64,000 nucleotides of DNA from Raillietiella orientalis. Taxonomy: Eukaryota. Positions 1 through 10,736 of the stretch are shown one piece after another. The stretch's first letter is position 1. Every line of letters starts with the position of its first letter. The notes beneath the pieces were generated by a model. It was not told the origin of the DNA. It saw only the letters and a program-made list of their open reading frames with translations, and searched no databases. The stretch lies in NCBI GenBank assembly GCA_036172245.1, contig JAYWIR010000060.1, forward strand, positions 310,001 through 374,000, read 5' to 3'. The position numbers and the translations under genes are program-made.

Positions 1-99
1 CCCCCGGGGAGGGAACGGCAGAACGTCCTCCGGTTCCCAGCGCAGCGGGAACACGCGAGTGCCCTCGCGCTCAGGGCAGGGACCGCGAGTTCCGCGGGG

Positions 100-500
100 G
101 TGATCTCGAGCAGGAGTGATCCCCACCCCTTCGCCCGGAAGAAAGGAGCGGGGGCGGCGTCCATCAACGCGCGCACGTCTTGCAGCAACCAGCCCGTCGG
201 TTGGCTGCAGTCGCCGGTTGCCCCGAGGGCAGACTGTGCTTCGACGAGGGGAGAGACGGCCACCCTGGTTTGCTGAGTTTAGTCCCGTGGAAGGCCTCCG
301 GGAGGCTGACGTGGGCGTGCCCGCTGCGGAAGCAGTACTGTTGGGCGCGCACGGCTTCCGGTTCGCGAGAGCCCGGCGGACGCGTCAGCGGAGGCGCGGA
401 GGTTCGCGAACGCCCCGGCAGGGTGAAGTGCGTCGCCGAACGGCCTCACGGAAGGCACCGTCGCCGCCGCCGAGGTTGGCTCGCGGAGGAACGAATTGGG
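100..500 (+). mobile_element. Decayed tyrosine recombinase (YR) C-terminal fragment of a DIRS/Ngaro-like retrotransposon
   Basis: The frame of ORF 116..961 reads LREADVGV...LGAHGFRFARA, with HGFR at 350-361, resembling the YR H-x-x-R box (LxxAG...AHSFR). A frameshifted GRHRR follows, resembling RHYxR. Boundaries approximate. Confidence 0.4.
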
Positions 501-699
501 GAGCCACACCGACCCCCCGAAAGAGGCACTGGAAACGCAGTCGCCTAGGAGACACGCGCCGGAGGTCGCTCCCGCCTGGGAGGAACGGCAGTTGGCGCTC
601 TTTTTGGTCTGAAGAAAGCGAACTCCACCGCTCTTTGGCTCCGTCCCCGAAATGTGCTCCTAGTGCGAGATGGTCAGACAGCAGCGACACGGCGGAGCG

Positions 700-2188
700 G
701 AGCTGCCAGTCCACCTCTCGGCGGGCCCTTGCTCCCGGGAAGGACTCCGGACTCCTGGCTGCGATCAGTCAACGGAGGCATCCGGGTTGCGCCTGCGCCG
801 ACCAGCGGGGAGAGCTCGAAACCCGCGCGGCGGCACCACCACCACCCCTTTCGTCCCCAGCTGGACGTCTGACCCGCAAGGGGTCGCCTGCCTTCACGAG
901 TCGCCGAGACCCGCGCGCCGCTGCCGCTGCCCTGGGCAGAGAGGACGACGAGCTCCACTGATCGGGGAACGTGGGCTGCTCCCTTCGGTGCCCGCGAGTC
1001 CTGGCGCGTGTCAGCGACGACGCCTCGGATTCCTCGTGGGGAGCTCCCCCTTCGCTCCAGCATTTCCCCCCCTTTTTTTTTTTTTGAAAATGCGCGTTCG
1101 CGCTGCATTCCCCCCGCGGAAGGACGCGAGGTCGTGCGACCTTCTGCGGACCGAGTGGAAGACCTGGAGGGATCGGAAAGTTTCGCGCAGCTGCTGCGCA
1201 GTCGGCTCGCGCTGGCCCACCCTCGGGGTTCCGGCTGCGAGTAGCCTACCCCGCGCCAGTGTCGACCTAAAGCGGCGCAGTTCGCTTCGCCCTCCTTCAT
1301 CTTCGCGCGCACGCCTTTCCATCTTCTTCCGTAGCTCTTCGCCGGAATCCAATTTGAATGTTTTGTCGCGTGACCTTTTCAGTGGCGCATCAGTTTTCAC
1401 TGCCTGCAGGAAGCGTTTCGTCCACGAGCAGAGTCCCTCCACTCGCGCCGCATTCCACACGTTGGCGGCCGCCGTAAGGCGAAAGCACCACAAGGTCTTC
1501 GCGCGCGTCTTGCCTCCCGCCTTCGTCCGCGACGCTCGCGAGACCTCGGTGTGGCGTCCCTCCCCCAACTCTTAGCCATCATGCTGCTGCACCGGGACTT
1601 CGAACCGGAGGCCTTCCTTGCCTTCCTGTTTTCTCTTCTACCTTTTCCTCCGTCCTCTTCGGTGGATTCGCAAGCTGAGACGGCGGAAGCCATTCTCGTG
1701 GGTATGACAGCCGTGAGTTCCTTGGTGCCTCCCTCCCTCCCTCCGCCTTTCGCGCCCCAAAAGAAGTGACGCCTCGCACGTACACCGAAGCCCCTCATCC
1801 GCAGCTTCCCGAGTTTCCCAGGGTTTCTCCTTCCAGATGCAGTGATAGCTCGGCGCTCGTCACGAGTGCCGGAACGAATCACCGTCGAGTACTGAGGCGC
1901 CGCTGTGTTTCCATCTTCCCTTTGCAGCACGTCATCTCGTTCCCGTAGTCGGTGGTTGCCATTCCTGCTCAGATGCTCCCCGCGTCCGAGGAGGGGCGGG
2001 ACGCATAAATTTCGAAGTTCTTTCTCTCTGCCTTCCGCAAGTGGAGTGCCGGCGTCGTCATCTGACCATCATGTCACTCGTGCAAGATGGCTGCCGCGGC
2101 CGTCTTCTCGGAAGCTCCACTCACTCTCGCGCAGAGCAGCTTCGGTAACTCCGCTTCCGTTTCGTGCGTTCGCCCTTCCCGCAAAAGA

Positions 2189-2220
<32 letters not shown>

Positions 2221-3950
2221 GGCGTGGTCACCGCGTTTCCGGCGGCGAGAAATGCCATCCGCCTCCCCGAGCCTGCCACGCCGCTGCGACATCTGCAAGC
2301 CGCCGGCCAAACTAGCCGAGCTTCCCAGCAGCGCTCGCCTTTCTTTGTGTGTACGTGAGTTTCATTTTTTGTACGTGTAGCTGCAGGTACGGAGGCTGCG
2401 ACGCGTGGATGCATCTCCGGTTGGCGCTCGCATGAACACGGGAGAGGGTCTTCTTGCAGCGGCACACGGGCAGTTCCGTGGCGCCGATGGATCCGACGCC
2501 TCGGAAGGTGGCAGCCCAACCTCACGCACTACTAGAAGAGCCTGCGCTCGAATCCTCGGTCGGAGTCTCGGAGCGTCCGTTGGTTGGAGTGTACAGCCGG
2601 TGGCTCCTCCGCGTGCGAGTGCGTCGCCGTGGACGTGCACAATCCGTTGATTCCTGCCCGCGCCTCGTGACGGAATCGGCTCGCCCAAGCGCACTTGCAC
2701 GACCTTGGCCAAAAAAGAGGGAGAAGCGGAACACGCTCTGCAGCAGCGGATTTCAGTCCCTTCCCGGCCCGTAGCATTCCACGGTTTCCTCCTCCTCGGT
2801 GGATGAAACGCACGCCAGCCCCGGTGCGGCGACGACTGGAGATCGACGTCTCCTGTCAGCTTGAACGCCTGCGGGAAAACTGCAAACACAGCACATGTAA
2901 AGAACACGTGTGTTCTCACAGGAAAGTTCCCAAGCAGTTCCTTTCCGCAAACGCGGCGTGCTTGTACACGCGCCTTGTACGCGCGTATCCCCTGAACTCG
3001 CGGCGGCTCACAATTCCGCATACCGATCCGTTCCGACCGGGAAGACCGCGCCGCTGACCCGCGGGATCGCCTTTCAAAAGGGAGCAGCAAGCCGACTCCG
3101 CGGACGTTCCTCACGCGGACGTGAAACGAGCCCGGCCCCTGTGGACGTGGGGATGCGCCGCAAGGACCTGGGGAGGAATCCGTCCGTCTCGCTGCACCTC
3201 GAGCACCGCTTATCTCGAGAATCGCCCCTCGGGATTCGAAAGGAGGAACGGATCCCCGGTTCGGGTCCCGGAGCGTCGACCGAAACCCGGGAGCCACCCC
3301 CGGCCGCGAAACCGTGCATGCACTCCCGGGACCTTTTCTCCCAGCCCTCCCTCTCCCCAGTCCCTGCGCGCCCACGGAGGGCGCCGCGAAAACCGGGCCT
3401 TCCCACCCACGATTGCCAAGTTCTCCCTCCACGTCCGGCGCTTGGGGAAGCCCATCCTAGCGGCTGAGAACATTTCGTCCCGCCGAGCGGGAATCCTCGC
3501 TGTTTGGAAATCGCTGGCCGCCAAAGTTTGCGCGCCCTCCAAGGCTGCAAAGAAAACGATCCTCCACTGTGGATGTTTTGGCCAGCAGTCTGAAATGGAA
3601 ATCCGTATGTTTTACCCACCCCTGTTGCCACCTGGGCGGACGTGGAGTCACACGAACAAATTGCTGTGGATAAAGATGGTCGAGGAAAGCGACTTCCCTG
3701 CCATCAAAATATTTTGAACGGTTTGAATTGGGGGCTGTGGGGCGGCGGCAACTCATATGAATATTTAATTGCAGTCTGGCGGTGCAGTGCACTCTCCCTG
3801 CCAACGTATCGAACAGCGTACAAATCGCACGTGATCAGCAATTCATCGTCAGGTTGCACTTCATTTTTGCACTTTTGAATAGGAAGATCAAACGGCATCA
3901 CGTGCGCGGGACGTGTGCTGTGGTACAGTGGGGATCTGAGGATTCCTTTT
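700..3950 (-). mobile_element. Decayed DIRS-like retrotransposon (RT, RNase H, YR remnants)
   Basis: Motifs occur in element order on the minus strand. RT-like: GREVAFLDHL and YGFPFQTAGQNIHSGGSFSLQPWRAR (about 3700-3530). RNase H-like: LQSSPHRGWRAF and RIVHVHGDALA (about 2850-2600). YR N-terminal-like: KRFLQAVKTDAPLKR (about 1420-1375). Frameshifted throughout. Confidence 0.5.
2189..2220. repeat. Compound microsatellite (CT)9(CG)7
   Basis: Read directly from the sequence. Confidence 0.95.
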
Positions 3951-4599
3951 TGGAAAAGCGCGGGTTTTTTCGAAGGCCATCTGGAGGCATCCCATCAAGT
4001 TCTGCTGGCAACACTGCTCCCCCATCGCTCGTTCCATGAAATGCGTAGACGTCGCCGTCAGGTCGGAGATGCTATTGCCCCAGGTACATGCAGCGCTTCA
4101 TTGCGTACGTACGGATTGTGTACATTCAGGTGTCACGGTAGGTTTGAACACCCACCGGTGAGGGTGGATGCCTGCCTATCGATCTGCGGGGGGGATTCCA
4201 CGAATCGAACCCAATCTTCCTCTGTTTTGGGGAGGGTGGGGAGAGGTTTCGCGAGCGTCACGGATGGGTTCCCTCATTAACGCAGGTTAATGCGTAAGTG
4301 GGGGATGCCCACAGATTTGTAGAAACAGCAAGGGGCCTCGAGGTGCCGCCGTCGAACGCGCAGGGTTGCCATTCCGTGAGCCTCGGTCGCGGTTCCGGCG
4401 TCGCAAAATGCGGGCAGGAGAGCATCCTCGCGCGGCAGGGGGCACACGGCAGCGGAAGGGTCGCCCCTCCCGAATCATATAATGAGCCCGCGCCCGCACA
4501 ACTGCGCCCCGCTTCCTCGCCGAGGAGTCGCTCGCGCCGTGAGTCAGCGAGGCCACGGAGGATCTCTGCTGCCCCGAGCGGGATCAAGGTCTCTTCTCC

Positions 4600-7500
4600 T
4601 CGCGCCCGGAAGAAGGTCGAATCACCTTGGGGACGTGGGGGGAAAGGGCAGCGAGAGATGCGCTGAAGATGCACTCCTGGATCCGGGGGTCGGTCGCCTC
4701 GCCGAGGTGACGAGGAAGGATGCGGTGGAGCGAGGAGAGGAGGTGGCGAGGAGGACGGAAGGCTTCGGCGCCCGGGGCGACGCTTCTCCTCCCCCTCCGG
4801 AACGAAGGCCGGAAGCGAAGAGGTGGGTCGCTCCCGATCTGCTTCCCCGCGTTGGATTCCGCCGCGGCAGTCCGGTTGGGGTGGGTCGAGCTGCGAGCCG
4901 GCGGCAGCCCCCGCGCCAACCGGCTTGTCTCCAGCGATGCCGCGTTCCAGAATTTTCTCTCAGTGTCGCTGTCCCCCTCCCCCTTCCAATTACTGGTTGA
5001 CAATTATCCGCGCGAATCGATGCCCTCGAGCGAATCCCGTCGCAGGAAACTCCGGAGGCTTTTCGCGATCCAGCCGATCCGAAAGGAAGCTGCTGTTCCC
5101 CTGGCAACCCTCCCCATCTCGTTTAACTCTGCGTGAGTCCCCCCTCTCGCATCAGAGCGACGCCCCCCGAAGCTCTGCGTCCGGCTTCGTGCTCCCCCGC
5201 CTGCTCCGCAGCGCCGCTCTGCCGCCGAACTCTGGCGCCGCAGTCGGGAGTGCCCCCGCCACGGGAGCGGGGACGAGGCGATCCAGGGGCAACCCTGGTC
5301 GCCCTTCCCCTTTCGACACGGGAAGGGATCGCGTGGGAGCAGTAGAAGTGGCGACGGGCAGCGAGCTTTGACCCCTGCCGGTTTGCCCCTGCGGCTGCAG
5401 GGATGCCCCCCGTCTCCGTGGCACACGACGACCAGCCTCTTCCGGCAGGACCTCGGGTCTCAGGAAAAAAAAAAAAACAGGTTGCCGGACAGCGCATCAT
5501 CTCGGAAGGCCCTTCTTCGCCGGACCGAGTTCCTCGGTGTTGCAACGGAGGGGTCCCCCGCGACGGCGATGGTCAGCTCTTCCTCTTCCCCTCCACAAGT
5601 GGCAGCATCCGGCGCTACCGCTGCGTCGGGTGCTCCCGTGCGGCGCGCATGCCGGCTCCATCTTTTCCAGGTGGCGCAGGGGCATCTCCCCCCCCCCCCC
5701 CAAAGGGAGGAATCCCCTTCGCGGAACACCTTCGCGCCGCGGATCACGGCGGGATGGACCCGCGCGAGACTTCGGGTGCCGCCGCTTCCTCGCGTGTCTA
5801 TTTTTAGAACGGGCGCCTCGGCATGCCCGGGGGGAGATCATTCTCGAGGGAACGTGGATCTGGAGGGAACGCAAATCCCCGGAATGAGAGCAGCCGAGGA
5901 GGCAGCTGGCGGAGTCGGCGCGGGTCGCTCTAGGAGTCCTCGATGCCCGGAGGGCGCGGTGCTGACCACCCTGGCAGACGAGCGAGTCCGCTTGAAGGTC
6001 TGCCGTGGCATCCGTGACAGCCGGAGGGGAGCTCATCCGCCCCGGCGCGGGCCGGGACACTGAAGACCACGCTGAAACGCGCTGATCCCGGCCTCACTGA
6101 AGGGCGTCTGGGGCGACCGGGGGGGCGCCTCACCCTCGTTGCTACGTCGTCCCTCTCCTCCCACAACACCCCTGATCCCTTCAGGGATCGGCCCCTGAAT
6201 TGGACGAATTCTATATTCGGGATTCCCATCGCTCCGTAAATATAAATGCTTATAATTCGATATTTATGTATTCGTTGGAAGTGTATTTATACATAATATA
6301 TGATAAACATATAGATGTATTTTTATGAATTTCACTATTTACAGTAATAATGTATATTAATGCATATTATTAATTATACCAGTAAATGATGTTAAAACAG
6401 ATTTGCATCCTTATCTATATGCAAATATGTATGTCAATATGCATAAAAGGCGTATCTATATATCAGCACGCATATTAATACACATAATAAACAGATTCGC
6501 TTATTTTTATAAACATTGTAATATATATTTTCTATATAATAAGCATGTTATAATAGCGTGTAATAAATACCTACAAATACATACGTAAAATAATACTGCT
6601 GTTAATAATATGTACGTTAATAAGTATGAATAAATACGCATGTTAAAGCAAATTTGTATATAAATATGTACCCCATGCATACGTAAAGATATACATCGGT
6701 ATACTTAAAAGGCACATATCCTTACTTTCCATGACGCTGACATGGCATTCAAATGAATCCACATGTCACTTTATGTAAGTCTTATAAGAGGCGCATCACG
6801 CATTTATTTTTCAGCTCGTTCGGGATTTCGGTGGGCGCTTGCGCCCTTGAACTCGCTGCTGTTTCGCGAGGGCGTTCCGCGGGTCGCATCTGGCGTCAGG
6901 CGAGGCTCCGCGAGCTCCCGGGGAGTGGCGGCACCGCACGGGTCCCGTCCAGGGAGCTCCGGGCGCCTTTCCATGCAGGCGGCGTCGAGGGTGGCAACCC
7001 TGCTCCGTGGCCGCGTGCAGGAAGGGACTCTGACCCGATGGACACCGGTGCTCCCCTCTCTTGAGCACCGCGTGGTCCGCTTCGTGCAGGGGACTTCTGA
7101 CCCCATCCCGGAGGTCTCGGCGCCACCGCGAGGACCTCAGAAGGCGGGGTGACCGTCCGCGCCTCTCGCGGCCAACAGGGAAGGTGGTGGATGGAGCCTC
7201 CGCGGGAGTGCCGAGGGCCGCAAGAGTGTGCGAGGGCGGGAGCCGCTGGCTCCGCAGGGACGGTCACCTCGGCAACGGTCTGACTCGTGCTCGAAGGCGG
7301 CAGGAAGCCGCCCCTCCGCAAGCCGGAAACCCAAGAAGCGGGCCCGAGGGGCTCCCAGGGGACCAGGGAAGAGGAAACGCCCAATGGCAGATCGCTACCG
7401 TGGCAAGGTCCACGGTGATCTGCTGCGCGCTGCGGGGCTGGCGGAAAGGGAACGGCAGCGCCAGAGGACCCGTCGGAAGGGCGGGAGCTCGCATCGCGGG

Positions 7501-8400
7501 CTCTGGGCATCTCCGGAAGATGGGCTCCGAGCCCGGCCGGCCGCGCCACCTGGAGCCGGGCGGGGGTGTGGTCCCGGGCGCCTGCGCAAAGAGAGCCTAC
7601 GCGACGGGGCGAGGGCAGGACGGCGAGGGAGCAGCCGCAGCACCGAAGGACTACGGGCTGACGTGGGAAGCCCGTCGCCCCCGCTGCGGCGCCTCCGGAG
7701 AGGGCTGAACTGCACCTGCGCGGTCTTCCGTGACGCCACCGGCCTGTCCCCTCCCGCCCAGACCCCAGCAGTCCTCCTCCTGCCCCCCACCCCACCCGCG
7801 CGCGCCCTCCATCGTAATCGTCCGCCGCCCCTGCGGTCGGTAGCCCGAAGAGAGGAGTGTCCTCTTCCCGCCTCGCGCGAGCGGGGAGAGATGGGCGCAC
7901 GTTGCCGGCGGCTGCCACCGCCATTTCTTTCGCACGCGCGCGGCGTTTGCGTACTCTCTGCGTTGCGCCCCACGGCCCCATTGGTTCCCGCGCTCACGCG
8001 GGAGTACCTGCTCGTGCGTGCGACGACGAACCGGCTCTGCTACCCGCGGCGAAGGGCCGCGCGATTCCTCTCGAACGGTCGGTTTCTCCCCACCCCTTTT
8101 CCCGTCCTTCTCGTCCCTCATTTTTTCCCCCCTTTCGGACGTTCCTGCCGGCACCGGAAGACCTCCACATCGGACCGTCCCTTCGGTGGAAGAGCCTTCT
8201 CCCCCGGGAGCTTTCCCCGTCCCTTCCGCTCCGAGGGCGCGGGACCCCCGAGAGCGCGCACCGTCCCTGAGCCCTTCGCTCCCCCTGTCGTCGTCGCGGC
8301 GCGCGTGGGGCTCAGGGGAAGACGGCGAGCCGGCGCGGAGAGGCGTTGCCGGGGCCTGCAAGCCGGCGCGAGAGCGGAAGGAGAGCGGCTCCCGAACGCC
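4600..8400 (+). mobile_element. Decayed Ngaro/DIRS-like retrotransposon (RT?, RNase H, YR), interrupted by an AT-rich block
   Basis: RNase H-like IFRTGAS (TDAS equivalent at 5809-5820) and EGAVLTTLADE. YR-like GRLRKE, PLVPALTREYLLVR, RPFRSEGA (8218-8241, HSFRxGGA equivalent) and GRRRAGAERRCR (8317-8352, GRWxSDAxxRY equivalent), in the correct order within ORF 7228..8712. The RT part is weak. Confidence 0.55.
6236..6814. other. Sharply bounded AT-rich island in GC-rich DNA (intron-like or inserted element)
   Basis: Abrupt compositional change. The block begins GTAAAT and ends TTTATTTTTCAG. Confidence 0.6.
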
Positions 8401-10102
8401 ATTCCGGAGCCTGGAGGGAATCCTCTCTGGATCGGGCGTCTGCGGGACCAACAAGTTGAGGCGACACGTGCAGCGCTTATCGCCGCAAAAGTATGTGCGC
8501 TACAAAGTCCGCAGCGGGACGAAGAGAAGCTCAGAGTTCAGCCTGGAACGGCCTTCCCTGTTTGCTTCCAAATCCTGGGTTTCCCGGAAACGAATGAAAG
8601 ACAACAACAACAACAAAAAAAAAAAAAAAAAAAAACAGAGTCTCTGCTCTGCCGAGCGCCTGCCTCCCCTGGGCAAGAAGCCACGCACGGCGCGGGCAAC
8701 CGAGAGCGCTAGGAGTGCAGAGCGAATCAGCTGGAAAAGAAAATTCCAGGCGTTTGCAGCCCGGAGATCGAGTGCGATGCACCAACGACAGGAGTCAGCT
8801 TCCTGGCTCTCCTACTGCCGTGTCCTGAAACGGCCCCCCCACGCTGCTGCCATCGCGTCCGTTCCGAGGCACCCGTCGGCTGGGTCGCTCATGAGGGAGC
8901 GAGAGGAGTGGTCAGCGAGTTGGAGTTGGCTCGATCGCCCTGCGGGTCGCTCACTCCCCTGGGAGCTGGCCCCCTCTCCACGAAGACGCCTCCTGAGACT
9001 TCTCATTCAAGCAAGGTGGTCTCGGGAATGGCAGCCAAGTGAGCTCCGGTGACCTCCGAGAACAACGAAGTGCACGCTTCTTCGCACGCGATTTCCCGCC
9101 GATCGTTCTAAACAGGGATGAGTGAAGAGCGACGGCGTTGGGAACATCTTCTTCCCTGCAGGCAATAAACGCTGTTTGTACAGCAGCATATTGTAATCCA
9201 ATGAAGAAGCGTTACAGATGTAACGAGCACCTTCCATGTTCTGCAGCCCTAAAATGAGGATTCTCGTTGAGTGAAGGAAATCCACCACGTGTACTCCGGT
9301 TTGGGTGCAGGGAAACGCTTCGTGTTTTCCTGATCTTGCGAACGATCCGCTTCGGATCGCCTTGCGCCTCCATACGCCTATGTGTGCGCATTTATGTATG
9401 TAAAAACAACAACAGCGACATACGGTTTGCAATAGAAAGGACGAAATGTATGTATATATTGGTAGTTTTTTTTTTTTTCATTCTTTTTTTCCTTTTCTTT
9501 GCGAAGCCACGTGTCCGTTTCTACCCGTACACGAGCTCGCTGTGTAAATACACTCCAATTATACAGTCGGTCGCTTGGCAACAATGCTGCTCGCGCGGCG
9601 TCCCCCGGAACAGCGCGGCCGCCGCTCCGCGATGGCGGTCCGCAGGCTGCGAAACGCATCGCGCGCGATCTGCGCACTTTCCATCGCTGCGAGGTGCTTT
9701 CTTTGCTGCCTCTTTCCCGCTTCCCCCCTTCGAGGAGTCCCTTTCCTCCCTCTCTCAAGGAGGCGCGCGTAAGGCGTTCCCTTGCAATCGTGGCAGTGGG
9801 TCTGCGGCGCGCGCGCCTGTCTGCAACCCGCGTACATCCCGGAGCGTGCGAGCGGACGTATCTTGGCAACGGGGGGATGTCGATACCACGCGCACTAGCG
9901 CGCCGCCTCTCTGAGTGCCGAGGCAGAGATGTTCGCCGAGGACACGCGTTATTTGGGGCAAAGGTTATTTCCGTGCCGGGAAAATAGTGCATGGGACGGG
10001 AGGAGCAGTAGGTGGGCGCCGCCGAGGCCCCTTCGGGGCGCGGGCGTACGCAGAAGAGCTCGCGGGGGAGAGGGCAGGAGGAGGAACGCGGTGGCGGCGG
10101 TG

Positions 10103-10146
10103 GCACGCACGCACGCACGTACGCACGCACGTACGCACGCACGCAC
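10103..10146. repeat. Tetranucleotide repeat (GCAC/GTAC)11 upstream of the ACSL start
   Basis: Read directly: 9 GCAC units and 2 GTAC units. Confidence 0.95.
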
Positions 10147-10736
10147 TCTACGGTTCTCGCCGCAGTGACTTCCCCGCGGGCCGGTTCTTCCGCGCGCGCG
10201 GTTCGCCCCAGCATCTGTTCCCCCGGCGAGGGAACTCTTATAGTGCCGCGCGTCTCCTCCGAGGACCCCACAAGTCCGTCACCTCCGCGCGCAGATCCTC
10301 TGCACCTCGCCGTGACGTCGTTCCCTCGCAGCAGCGGGCGAAGACTCGAAAGTGAAGTGAAGTGCGCATCGGAACAGCCGCCTCCAACCGTCTCGCCTTC
10401 CGTCCCCCATTTTTTTTCCGTTGCCTCTTTTTTTTTTATACAGACATATATGTATATATATATATAATTTCTCCCTCCTTCCCCCGTTCGCCTCTCCCTC
10501 TCTCTCGCGCGCGCTTTTTTTTTTTCCCCCCCGTTTCCCCTCACCGTCTTCTCCAATCGCTTATCGCCGCATTTCGACAGTGCCCTGTGCTTGGGATTCT
10601 TAGGTGAGGACCAGCGAAGAGGAAATGACCCAGTGATCCCCCGCCATCGCCCTCCTCCCCCTCCCCCCCTTTTTTTTGGTTTGCTTGCTTTTCTGACTTC
10701 TCCCTTTCCTCCCTCCAGCACTCGCGAGTGTTCGCG

